DNA of 64,000 nt from NCBI RefSeq assembly GCF_009914755.1, contig NC_060932.1, one strand, 5' to 3'. This DNA is from the human T2T-CHM13v2.0 reference genome, Homo sapiens. The position numbers and the translations under genes were made by a program. Shown here piece by piece: positions 45,159 to 57,731 of the stretch (positions are counted from its first letter, which is position 1; every line of letters starts with the position of its first letter). The notes beneath the pieces are model-generated. The model ran no database searches. It saw only the letters and a list, made by a program, of their open reading frames with translations, and was not told where the DNA came from.

Positions 45159-46284
45159 GCTCTCCTGGCATTGGGACTGTGTGGGATCAGTGCCCGAGGG
45201 CCCTGGGATTAGCTTGGCATAAAGGGAACTTGAAGAAACCATTCCTAAGTCAGATCAGAGGGCTGGGGCCAGAGCTGTGGGCAGGAAGCAAGTGAAAATG
45301 AGAGCAGAGGTGAGTCCCTTCCAATGGGAGAAGAAACATGACTTCATCTTCCACATTCTATGTCCTTCCAACCACCAGGACCTACTGACGCCGCAAGTAT
45401 ACAGCTGACTATGAAACTGAAACTTATTCACTATTTCTGAGCCACTTATAATGAAACGTCCTGTGCACCAAAAACACAATTCTGCAAATTCATTAGTTTC
45501 TATCATTAAAAATAGACATGTGTTGACTTCAACAATAAGCTGTGCTCATCAATGCTGTCATCTTCATTCAGGGGATACATGGCACGATCATCAACCTAAG
45601 AATGATTAAAAAATTAGAAGCACATGTTGAAATGAGGTGAACAGGAGAGCAGGGTCCAGAGTGAACAAAAAGGACAACAGAACCTGAGGCAGCCAGATGG
45701 CACTGGCAGAGACACTCAAGATGGGAAAGTCAAAGGGGAAGGAAAATGAGGGGCCAGAGGGGTAGACTTTTATGAAGTTTCACAGGAGAGAGAGAAAAAG
45801 AGTGCATGAATGTAAAGAAGAATTTCCTGCCACACTACATGGGAAGAAATGCTGCTCTTGGACTTTCACTAACCTTTAATGGGCCTCTTTGGAAAAAGGG
45901 GAAGATGGGTTGTTGGGTGCACAGATGTGAAGGATGACTCAGGTGGGGCTGTCTAGGGGGCAGTTAGAATGTCAGCTAAGGAAACAGAGACTCTACTGTT
46001 AAGACTGAGGATACATGCAGAAATTGGAAAGAGAACACAAAACTCCATATGGCCCTCTGTATGTTCTGCCATCATGTGTCCCTGATCAGAGTGCATGTGC
46101 AGGAAGAACCCGTAGAGTACTGCTGCCGCCATCACGGGTCATTCATCCCCATTCCCAGCCAGCCCAGTTGTGTCCTGAACATGTAGGTGGCCTGTGGGCA
46201 AGCCAGGGTCTCAGCCTCCCTCTGCTCCCTTCCTTTGTCCTCCAGCCCCAGGGAATGTGCCAGCCACTTCCTCTACAAACCCCT

Positions 46285-46448
46285 GGAACCCACTCACTCC
46301 CAATGGAGGACATCAACTCACCCATGAGGGATCCACCCCCATGATCCAAACATCTCCCATTAGGTCCCACCTTCCAACACAGCCACACTAGGGATCAAAC
46401 GCAACATGAGATTTGGTGGGGGAAACAAACCATATCCCAACCAAAGCA
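46285..46448 (-). mobile_element. MST-family LTR fragment
   Basis: CATGAGGGATCCACCCCCATGATCCAAACATCTCCCATTAGG..ACATGAGATTTGG..CAACCAAAGCA. Confidence 0.75.
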
Positions 46449-46531
46449 GGCACCTTTCGTAGAACACTTTTCTAATCTCTTCTGTCACTACTCACTCAGC
46501 CCCCAAATTCTTGTTAATTCTTTTTGTGCCT

Positions 46532-46724
46532 AGAGAGGGTGATGAGGGTGTTGGCTGTCTGGTTTACACAGCTGGTGAGGAGGATGACCCACAGAACAGA
46601 GATTTGAACCCTGGTTCATCTGGCACCAATGCCAAGGGCTCTGGAAACTGCCTAATCATTTGCAGGCCGCCCCTGAGGTGGGAGCCACGTGCACAGGTGT
46701 TCCGGCACCTTAGCAGAGATTTTT
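46532..46724 (+). repeat. Local direct duplication, copy B (193 bp)
   Basis: Paralogous to 44966-45158. Confidence 0.9.
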
Positions 46725-48641
46725 ACTAAGTAGTCAGGGGTATGTGCAGCCCAGGAGTTCATCTACATCTTTCTAGGATCCCTTCCTTGAGCTCCCTCTT
46801 CTCTGGCATCTCCCTAACACTTTGCAGCTTGTAGGTGGTCCCCTTCCGGGTACACAGGCTAGAAATACAGGGCTTTAATTTCTCTGTTCTGTTGTGCTCT
46901 TCCTGCAACTACATCTGCTACCCATTCTGCAGTACTTGGAGTTCTTCCCCAATCTGTCTGTTATTGTTTTACTTTTCTGTGTCTGCCGGTAGCTGCTCCC
47001 TGCATTTTCTCCAGGGATTTTCACTGCATTCAGTGGGAGAGACAAAGTGGTATGTGCTTCATGCATTTTGACCAGAACCAGAACCCACCGAGCGTTTTTA
47101 AACAGTTAAAAGGCATGTAGCTCTCTATTCCAGAAGGCTCTCTTTGGCTGGAGCAGGGAGAATGGGTTGAGAACGATGTTAGAGGCACAGAATATAGCAA
47201 CCTAAGAAGCAGATGCCACAGGCTGGTTTTAAGGCAATGGCAGTCAAAGGGGAAAGGAGAGAGTCCCAGAGCTCCTCAGAGGTGAATTCTGCAGGATATG
47301 ATGGCCAATTCGATGTGGAGGTGGAGGCATATGAAGTCTCCAGAATAATTCCCTAAGATGGAAACACGAAGATGAAAAATTTGCTCCATGAATGTCAGCC
47401 CTTGAGCAAATTAGCAGGCAAATATTCCTCCCCTAGACCAGAATGAGCAAATTTAAAATCTCTTTCAATTTTCCTTCTCTACACTACTGGATCATTTGCC
47501 TTTGTGTTATCAGCCATGCTAAGATATTCTCCATTCTAACAAGATGTATTTGAGCCCATTTGAAGCACCAAAAAGTTTACTATTGATCTCTGTGTCATTT
47601 TTCATAGGGCAAATTCAAAATAGGTTTTATTCGCATAACAAACCACCACTTTAAATTGTGAAGTAGTCAGAAGTAGAGATTTTATAGTGTTATGTGTTGC
47701 ACCATGGTTTTAATTTTTTATCTGTGTTTAAAAATTTTGCCATTTGATTCTATGATTTGTCAGCAAAATACCATTATATGATATTTCAAATATATAAAAC
47801 ATTTTTAAAGGAATTAAGAAAAACTGAGCTTGCCTGGGTTGTTTGTTAAAGCAGCTAATAGTGGTGCTGTAGTGATGCTAGTGTAGCAGTAGATAGCATA
47901 TTTTCTTGATTTATTTTTGCAGAAGTAGATATGTCTTTCTATGTTTTACATAAACCCCACACACAAACATACCATGGGTATATGTCCATACTCACAGGCC
48001 CACACCTCACCTGCTAATACATTATTCAGTCTTTCAGTTCCTTACAAATGCTACATTCCTCTCTCCATTATCTTTCACATTTAAGTTAAACAATGATTAG
48101 TCATTTTGACTGTGGATAATTTGCCTCTTAGTACAAATATATTTTCCTCTGCCAAGTATGCTTACAAAGCGCGGGGCCCAGAACCCATGTGGCTTGATCA
48201 CAATACCAAGATGGTGGTCTATTTCCTACCACTAGTACAATCTTCCTCACAGTGCAAGCCATGTGCTTAACTTTGGGTAGAAAAAAAAAAACAAAAACCT
48301 AAAACTGGAAAGAAATTCCCAAGATAAACAGTATAATGGACTGAGAATGAAAGCCCTTATATTTGAGACAGAATTGGATTATTTCTTAGAATGGCTTTTG
48401 AGAAAGGAATCTGTGGGCAGAAGAAGAAAGAGATTCCTTTTGTGTGGCTTGCTGCAAGTCGACAAAAGAAATGAAAGGAGAGGAAGGGCTTGGGAATCAG
48501 CTGCTAACAAGGTCCTTAATTTGGGCTAAATCTTCTAGGGCTTAGGAGTTTCAGATTGCGTTCTTGTTATATAAAGAGCCTTACTACAAGGCACCACTCT
48601 TTCGCTGTTTCCCGGGTGGGTAACTGTTTCTCTTTTCCTAG

Positions 48642-48694
48642 ACACGGGACAACGCTGAGTCAGAATGCTTAGTTTGATCAATTAGAAAAGAAAG
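48642..48694 (+). other. Candidate 53-nt non-coding exon
   Basis: Branch-like GTAAC, acceptor TTTCTCTTTTCCTAG (G at 48641) and consensus donor AAG|GTGAGT at 48694/48695. Confidence 0.4.
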
Positions 48695-49618
48695 GTGAGT
48701 GGAGGTATGAGCTCCAGGTTTTTTGTTCATGCTTAAGCATAAGAAAGTCAGAACATTGCCACTGTGTTGTTTGACAAGAGATATCCTTTATCTACACAGA
48801 AGGACAGAGCTTTGGGTAAAAAATTCTACATTGCCCAGACACTGGGCAATGCTCCTAATTGTGTATGTTTCTGTTGTATTTCTCCAATTGAAATTTTTCT
48901 GAGAGCCCACTTTCTGGCATCAATGGCATTTTATTTCTGTGGCTCACTCAATAATAGGGACCTGATGCTGTCTGTGGGATCTGGCAATCCTCAGCTGGGC
49001 ACATTCTTTGGTCAAAGTTTTGCAAAAGGTGTGGTCAGCACAGCTTGGGCTGGAGATTATGCCGGAAAAGGAGGCTGAGATAGGAAGTCAGCTGGATTTA
49101 AGTGCTTTGCAAAGCACATGCAAGGTTTTGTTAATACACTACAGTTGGTCAATTGAAAACATTTTCAAGTACCCCAGGGTGCTGGGTAAGAGCTAAGTAT
49201 AGGAATAAATTCCACATGTGAAAGCACTCAAAATAGCACTAAACAACAGACTCAGAAATATTTGGAGTAGGCTCTGTCTGCAAATCTCACCAAAAGACAA
49301 GCAAAAAATATCTCCAGGAGACCTTGGATTCATTTTAAGACTCAGACATCTTGGTCAGTTGCTGCAATGAATGTGTTCATTGCAAGATATTTTGGATTTG
49401 CTTCATTTATTCGTGAATACTCAATGGCTAGTTCATCATTCAAATTGCTGCCAAAACACTTTTCCATGAAAAGACATTAGGCAGCTATGGAAAAGGTGGG
49501 TGATGAGGCTTAGGAGGAGGAATTCAGATTTCCTGTGTCAGATAACCAAGGACAAGGTGAGTTGGAAAGGGCCCTAAAACCTAGAGATGCACCTCAGGGC
49601 CAGAAGTGTGCAATGGTA

Positions 49619-49654
49619 GTTGCTTCTTGGCCTCTTGGCTAAGACCAAGTGCAG
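49619..49654 (+). pseudogene. RNU2: 3'-truncated (tailless) U2 snRNA retropseudogene, about nt 1-36
   Basis: GTTGCTTCTTGGCCTCTTGGCTAAGACCAAGTGCAG matches U2 ATCGCTTCTCGGCCTTTTGGCTAAGATCAAGTGTAG at 30/36. A 14-bp direct repeat CAGAAGTGTGCAAT is at 49601-49614 and 49652-49665. Confidence 0.85.
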
Positions 49655-49739
49655 AAGTGTGCAATTCAGCCAGAGGGAGAACCAGAGCCACACAGGTGGG
49701 CCAGCCTCTGGTTAAGACAGGATCACTGTAGCAGTAGGA

Positions 49740-49860
49740 ATAATAATGATGAATTAGCAAAGATTTATTGAGCACTTACTAAATTTAACTTGTTCACGGC
49801 CTCACTGCTGGGAAGTGGCAGAGCTGCAATTCAAACTCAAAGTCTCTGACCCATAGCCCT
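49740..49860 (-). mobile_element. MIR fragments
   Basis: ATTTATTGAGCACTTACT...AAGTGGCAGAGCTGCAATTCAAACTC..TCTGAC. Confidence 0.6.
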
Positions 49861-51009
49861 GGTTCTTGACGATTATTCCAAAAGCCAGGCCAGTCAGGAT
49901 CCTGGGTTTCCTTGGCCACAGTGCAAACTCTTGGGAAAACTTCGCATTTAGAGTTCTGGTACCAAGTGGGCCATTTTGCATGGGTGTGCAGGTGTGTATT
50001 ACACAGTTCCAGAGGCCACTGACTTCGTAGTTAATGTGGCTGCCACCCTCACCCTGAAACTGCACAGTAGACCAACTGATGACTATCACTATGGCCCCAA
50101 CATTTCTATTCTTCAGCTTTTACAAGTGAGATACCTGCCCTGCTGAGAGGAAAATGACTCTGACCCAAGGCCACTAGCTGCAGAGAAAAGTCAGGAGTGG
50201 CCTGCAAAGGGTATCTCTTCCCTCTGGTGATCCATTACTGCCTAGGGTCCTGCAGTGTGGGATCCACTCATGGCTGATAAATAAATCAAACATGATACAG
50301 GAATTTGTGAAGAGATAGGTATAGGTAAGGAAGCTTGATTTTTTTGCTTTCGTTTTTTTTTTAAGTCTGATCTACCCCAGAGAAGCCAAAGAATGGGATT
50401 GCCATCCAAGTGGATAAGGGTCCTGAACTGTGGGCTTTCCCAGAAGCAAAAAAAAAGGGAAATGTTTGGAAGCAAGAGATGCTCTAGTGGCAACTGATTA
50501 GTGCTGTGGGAAGACTAGAAATGCTGTTGTTAGAAAAATTAAATCACTGCATGTTTGGATTTGCACCCCACAAAGGAACCCTAAGTGCTTCTCTATGCTG
50601 ACGGGGCCTGGCTGTGAGCAGGGAGAATGGCTGTGTGTTTCTGTCCCAAGGATGTACACGAGGGCTGGAGAAAGATTTCTCTGCTGCTACGGGGCACCGA
50701 GAGAATTGCCTTCAGCTCCTCTCTGGAGTGGAGGAGCCACGCCAGGGACTAAAGCCTCTGACACTTGGCTTCTCCTGGCAGCTCGGTGGGCTAGGCAGAC
50801 TATGTTGTCTGTCCTTGAGGAAGGCAATGACTATCTGGGCTCTTCAGAAACATGCAAAGAAGGCCTGGCCACTGGTCAGCTTTTCAAGTGGATTATCATT
50901 TCCCAAATGTCCTCACATCTGGTTTCCAGGCCCGAGGAAGGAGCTGTTGTAAGCAGCTGTTTCAGGCAGCAGCAGATCAGGAACAGAGTCTTCATTAGCC
51001 TCATGTCTG

Positions 51010-51135
51010 CCACTAGATTTTAGGATCACTTGCGTTAGTCCTTTTGATCTCGCAGTCTCAGTTTCCCCATCTGTAAAATGAAGGTGGGGAAGGTCCGACC
51101 AAATGTGTCTTTTCAATTTCAGCTCTAAATTCTAC
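51010..51135 (+). mobile_element. MIR3-like SINE
   Basis: TCTCAGTTTCCCCATCTGTAAAATGAAGG...TTCAGCTCTAAATTCTA. Confidence 0.65.
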
Positions 51136-51589
51136 AGTCGATTTGAGAAGATTGCTGAATTGCCGAAAAACTCTTTTCATTATTATTTATTTTAGTGAAG
51201 CCAGGTTTCTAGAATAATGCCAAGCTAGCCATTGGAAGCTCAGGTGAAGTCAATAAACAGGCCACCCTCATCCATCTAAAGAGTCTGAGAAACAAAACAA
51301 AACAGAGGCAGATGGAAGGCCCAGAACAAAGCATGAGGTTTTAGATCTAAGAAACAGATAATTCTCTCTCGTCCTAAACCCCGTTCCAAATTCCCATTTC
51401 AACTTGTACTTGACTTCTGAGTGTTCATGTGGACACAGCCCAGTGTAATGGAAAAGCACAGGAAAAGGAGTCCAAGAGCTCGTTATAGTTCTATCACTTA
51501 GTAGACAGGGTAGCCAATTTCCCTGTTCTTCTCAGAACCCCTGCTCTGTAGTCCCTGTGAGAGGGTGAGGGGTTTGGGAAGCAGAGGTG

Positions 51590-51975
51590 GAGAGGAAGCC
51601 CTGAACCAGGATGGGCCAGTCAGATCTACACTTCCCCAAAGCTGTCACTGGAACGTGGTCAGGGGTGCTCCAGCCTAGGGCCACCATTCATCTCTGCTGG
51701 GGCATCATCTGGGAGAGAACACGGGGAACAGATTTGGCTCATGAAGAGGTTGGGCTATTGAGAAAAACGAGATGTAAAGAGATGAGCAGAGAAACAAATA
51801 CGAGAGACCATATGGAAAAGAGAGAGAAGGAGAATAAGAAACCTTAGTTTCCAAAGGTTTTAAGCTCCTGGTTCCATTCCTTTTGGCACTTCTTGCCCCG
51901 AGGTCTTGGGCTTACCTTGACCCTCACCTTGTTCAACTGGGTTTCTCTTACACACAACCAATCTCTGAGAACCCT
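51590..51975 (+). mobile_element. Old MLT1 (J/K-like) LTR remnant
   Basis: GGGCCAGTCAGA.., GA-rich middle, CTCCTGGTTCCA..CTGGGTTTCTCTTACACACAACCAA. Confidence 0.45.
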
Positions 51976-52694
51976 TATCTCACCATGATTTTGTATAAGT
52001 GGCTTTATCTCTGGGTGCCTCCATTTCCTCTTCTGTAAAATGTAGCAGCCGGCATATGTATTTCTGTTTCTTTTCTAGCCCTCTGATTATATGAAAGACT
52101 TCTGCAAAGCAAAGTGGGATAAAGTCATAGCGACTCCCTTCCTTTCCCCCAGTTAACCAGATCCAGACCAACACCAAGCCTCATTGTTCCATGTAAACAG
52201 CCCCACTAGCTGTTTTCTTGGTAGAGGTCACTGTCCCTTCGAGAAACCAGGGATGCAGAATAGAAGTGTGGACCCAGATTCTCACAGAACAAGTACAACA
52301 TGCCAGCACTCCATAGTGCCAAAGATGAGCCCGGGAGCTGGCCCACACCCACGCAGCTCCTGTCTACCTCTGCCATCCCTGTGGCCCATGCGTGTATTTA
52401 TAACTCTAGTGTACCTGTTGGAAAATGAGGCCGAGGCTGCAACAGTGCTCTGGCTTCAGAGCTTTTTCTTAGACTCTGTCTTCAGCCCCCTTGAATAGGT
52501 AGAATGTTAGTGACTATGTACAATTTCAACTGGAGTTTCCATTGCACAGGGTCCTCAGACTGTCTACGTTGCATTTCACCAGTCCATTGTCTGCCACAAT
52601 GGAATGCTGTATGGGTGGCCGGGCACTGTCTCTTTATAGCAGCTGAACTGCAAGGAAAAACAGAATATATTGCAGCTGTAAGGAATTAGATTAG

Positions 52695-52755
52695 ACACAC
52701 ACACACACAGAAAAAGAAAAAGAAAGAAAGAAAAAAGAGAGAGAGAGAAAAAAAG
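52695..52755. repeat. (CA)n followed by a GA-rich simple repeat
   Basis: Visible tandem units. Confidence 0.8.
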
Positions 52756-53829
52756 TTCCCTAGGGTGGTAAGACAGTGGTGTATATTAAAAGGGACAATG
52801 TGTTAACGAAATCTCAAGATATTTTCAGAAAGAGCAGACAGCTTCCCCCGGGTATGGCTGGAAGTGCAGCCCTGCATTTCCAGGAATAGATGTGATGACA
52901 TCTTGACATCTCAGTGTCCCTTCCCTGCCTAGACTGATGATGGCAGGGTCTCTGTCAGAGGATCCCTCTTCCCCCCTTGCACCAAATTTCCATCAATTTC
53001 ATCATTACTGTCCACTCTCCTATAATTGCCTGAAACGGTCCGTACTTTAGGCAACTATACCTTTACTCTTTCCCGTTTAGTGCTCACCACCAACCTACTT
53101 CACCACCAATCCACGCCTCATGTAGGAGGGGAGACCTAACGGCAAGAATCTGGATATGATGAACAAGTGGGCAATCTCCTCCTGCAGCTGAGCTGGCTGC
53201 CTTGTGCATAACTGAGAATATATGGCCCTCTGTCCCTCATTCATGTTGTCCATATCACCCACCCTCCCTAAAGGGGCCCTTCATGGGACAGCACAAAAGG
53301 CTTCCAGAGACGCAATCCCTCTCGCATGACCCCAACTCCCTGCCGCCACCAACCCACAGGTACTGATTACCTGATCCAGCTGACCAGTAGAAAACTCAAC
53401 CTCAGGGCTCTGAATCCCGGGGAAACTCAGCCCACGAGGCTCCACACTCAGGCTGGTCCTGGCCCCATTCATAAAACATCAGTGTATCCTATTGGTCTCT
53501 TGTTGGATGTCTGGATTTTTAAGAGCTTCTAGTGAGAGGAGAGGACATGGGACACAGTTATTTAGTAACCCTCATCCCCACCATGGGGTGCTTAACAGTC
53601 AGACCACTCAGCATCCCCAAAAGATACTGCATCATTTATTCAATACTTGTTCATCAAGGATTTATAGCTTCCAAAAGCCTCTTTTATCCACTCACTTTCT
53701 CTTTATTCCCACAGTCATTTCCCTCATTCAGGGAAAAGAAACAAAATGGCCCTAATATTTCTTAGTGTTCGGCCCTGTGTTTTGTGTGCTGCATGTATAT
53801 TTTCTTGTAAGTTCCTGCTAGATTTCTGA

Positions 53830-54189
<360 letters not shown>

Positions 54190-54558
54190 TAACATGTGCT
54201 TTTCTCTTGGAAATACTGACAGTTCCTTACTGTCTTCTGGATAAAACTGAAGAGATATAGCCCTCAGTGCTTGCTCTGGCCTCAGCATCTTCTCCAATTG
54301 CCCCCTACAAAGGTCCCATAAAGGAACTTTGTCACTCACTCTTACTCAGAATATATTTCCATGCACCATGGGCTTTGCCCACACTAGACCACTTGTTTAA
54401 ATTGTCTCCACACCTGTCTCATTTGGCAAACTCTTCTCTGTTTATCAAGCTTAAATATCATCTCATCTTTCTATCCTTCTCAGGCCTTTGTCTCTTCTTA
54501 TAACACTTTATATAAGCTTCGCTTATAGCACAGCTCACATTGCATTATAGATCTGTGA

Positions 54559-54900
54559 TGTGTTACTCAGGGTAAACCAACTGCTATGTCAAACAACTCA
54601 AAAATTTTCATGGCTTGACACCACAAAGGTCTATTTCTTGCTCAGGCAGCAGTCTAATGGGAAAGTTCCTCCTGGAGGCTCACCACCAAGTGTTGACTCA
54701 GGGATCCAGGCTGATTCCATCTTATCACTCTGTTATATCTTAAGACCCTGGAGTCCTTTACTCCCAAACACATAAACAGCAAAAAAAGAATACGGAGGAT
54801 AGAGCAGATTTTAAGGGTCCAGGCCTGGCCCAATCTCCAGCCATTGCTCTAAGACAACAAATCTTCACTCATATCCCCTGACTGTACTTCTCACAGGACT
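54559..54900 (-). mobile_element. Old MLT1 (K/L-like) LTR remnant following an L2 fragment
   Basis: CTGCTATGTCAAACAACTC..TGGCTTGACACCACAAAGGTCTATTTCTTGCTCA..ACTCAGGGATCCAGGCTGA. Confidence 0.6.
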
Positions 54901-55919
54901 CTCAGTCTACCATACCACTGATTTGGGCCCTATAAATATCTTCAAGAGAACAAAAAACAAATAGCAATTATCTAGCCAACGATAACTTTATTTTCCAACA
55001 GACCTGCTCCTTCAAGAAAGGCCATAGTAAGGTTTTGGGTATCAGCAGGGCTTTTCACGTTAGGGAGCCATTGGTATGAGACAACTGACATGTGTCCACA
55101 GCTTCCATTTTCATCTGTTAATATTCAATTACTCACCATTGTGGCAGTCTGGGAAATTAAGTTAACAGAGAAATCTAAAGGGCTTATCATATTTACCATT
55201 AAACATATGGAATCAGTCACATTGTGAGAGCTTCTAAGACTCTAAGGGATTCCTGATCACCTCCTTCAACTCTGTGGCATATTTGTTGAAGGATAATCCT
55301 CTCTAGTGTACCTAGTGATCATTTAGAAAACAAACAAAAAACAGGTTTTTCTCCTCTTTCACATCAGCCTTAGGATTATAAAAACAATATAGGTCTTAAG
55401 GGTAAATAAATACGTTACTAGCCAATACATACATGGGAGATTTGATATTATCTCCTAAACCAAGATCACAAGAGAACATAGATAAGGACTTTCTATTGTT
55501 GACCAGATTTGGAAAAGGGGAATATCCCTTCTAATACAAACAAAAATAAACCAAAAATCTTCTTGAGGTGTGAGGGAGGACACATCTTTAACAGGAAAAT
55601 AGTTTTTAAAATAATTGCCATTTGGCGCTTAGTGAATTTAAGGAATAATTTAAGCTTGGATTTCCAAAGCTCTTCTATCCCTCATGAGCCCGGGTTATAG
55701 TCCATAGAATTGATTAAGGAAACTGAGGCAGGGAAGGGTTAGGTGATTTAGCAGTGGTCATACTGCAAATCACAGGTTTTTCTGGGACCTGTTCTTGCAC
55801 CCAGCCTGGGGCACATTTCATGAGCAGATGCACAAAGGAAGACCATAAGTACCACTTTAGTTCCATTTGCTTTCCTCCTGTTCATTCTTCATCTCACTCC
55901 CAATAGACTTCCCCTCACA

Positions 55920-57217
55920 GCTATCCACTGATGTAGCTAAGCCTCTTCAATGATCTTCACACCATTAAGTCCAATGTATCTTTTCTAGTCCTCACCTTAC
56001 AGAATCTCTAAGCAGGATTTGACTTAGAAGACCACTGCTTTCTTCTTCAACACAATCTTTTTCCCTTGGTCACCATCACATCACACCTCATGGTTTCTAC
56101 TCTCTGGCTGCGCCTTCTCTGTGTCCTTCACCTACTCATCCTCTCAGTTTAGGCCATCAAGACTTATAATACCAAAGACTCCACACTGGGCCCTCTTATC
56201 TTCTCTCTCTGTACTTTCTGTCCATCTTGTCCATGTTTATGGCTTCAATAGCCAGTCATTCATAAATCCCAAATTTATATCTCCAGCTAACACCATCTTC
56301 TGAGTTCCGGTCCTGTACTGTATGTCCATTTCTACTTACAGATGCCTCAAATTTACCTTGCAGTCTAAGCCCAAGCATTCTCTCCCTGCATTAGAGCCAC
56401 TCCCCTTCCAATGTCTATCCCAATGAATGGCACTGCCGTCAATTCAGTAGTGCAATTTAAGAGACCTGGAGTCATTCTTGGTGCTTTCCTCTCCCTCCCT
56501 CTCCAGATTTTATGCATTACCGAATCCAGTCCACTTAACCTCTAAATACCTCTCAAATATATCCATTTCTCTTCTTCCCTATTCCCATATCACAAAGTCA
56601 AACCACCATTGTGTCCTGCGTAGGCTACTTCAACAAGCACTTAACAGATCTCCCTGCACCTGTTCTTGCCATCTTCCAGCCTATTATCCTGCAGTCAAAA
56701 AATATATATATTTTCAAAGGATTAATATGATAACTGCTCCCACCACATCTTCTCTGTGCCCCATCCAAGTCATTTAATGGTTTCTCAGTGCTCTTTGGAG
56801 AAAGATCAAATCCTTATCCTCCATAAGATATCCTGCGCCCTGCAGCTCCTACCCATCCTACATCCTCTATTCACGTCATGCTCCTACTGTTCTCTGAATT
56901 CCAACTGCACTGGTCTTCTTTCAACTCCTTGGCTATTCCAAGTTCCATCCAACTACAGGAAAGACTGAATTACAAATCCAGGGATCTCTCTTCTGTTAAA
57001 TTCCCTCACAGCACCACATACTTCTTCATCATAAAACATATTAAAGCATTAATGTTACATGTATTTATATGTTTATCTGTTTGATGCCTATCTTTGCCAC
57101 CAGACTATATGCTTCATGAAGATGGGACCATGCTCATTTTTGCTCACCATTATATTCATAGTACTAATCACTGTGCCTAGCACATACTAATATGCAATAA
57201 AAATGTGTCCAATGAAT
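55920..57217 (+). mobile_element. L2a 3' region (about 1.3 kb)
   Basis: Pyrimidine-rich L2 motifs (CCCAAATTTATATCTCCAGC, GAATGGCAC, ACCTGGAGTCATTCTTG, ACTGTGCCTAGCACATA) ending in AATGAAT. Confidence 0.8.
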
Positions 57218-57320
57218 TATCATTCATTGTAATTGTATCAATTAGGCAATCAATAAATTATGTTTTCTTAGATTTCTTCCTGTTTTAATATTCATATATA
57301 TATATAGCATATTAAATGAC

Positions 57321-57731
57321 TGATATAGTTTAGATATTTGTCCCTGCCAAATCTCATGTTGAATCATAATCCCCAGTGCTGGAGGTGGGGCTTGGTGGGA
57401 GGTGTTCGGATCATAGGCACAGATCCCTCATGGCTTGGTGCTGTCTTTCTGTTAGTGGGTTATTGCGAGAACTGGTTGTTTAAAGATGTGGGATACCTCC
57501 CTCCCAACTCTCTCTCGCTGGTTCTTGCTTTTGTTATGTGATGTGCCTATTCCTGTTTTGCCTTCCACCATGATTAAAAACTCCCTGAGGCTTCACTAGA
57601 AGCTGAACAGATGCTGGCATCATACTTCCAATAAAGCCTGCAGAACCGTGAGCCAATTAAACCTCTTCTTTTTTAATAAATGACCCAGTCTCAGGTGTTT
57701 CTTTACAGCGATGCAGGAATGGCCTAATACA
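57321..57731 (+). mobile_element. MSTB MaLR solo LTR
   Basis: TGATATAGTTTAGATATTTGTCCC..AAATCTCATGTTGAA...GGCCTAATACA with TSD ATGAC/GTGAC. Confidence 0.9.

Noticed and set aside
42970-45295. Cluster of overlapping 100-175-aa ORFs in a GC-richer stretch
   Set aside because: They occur on both strands with no recognisable domain or coherent exon structure, as expected from lower stop-codon density
44892-49665. Short direct repeats with spacers as a CRISPR-like array
   Set aside because: Only two copies of each in eukaryotic DNA, explained by a tandem duplication and a TSD
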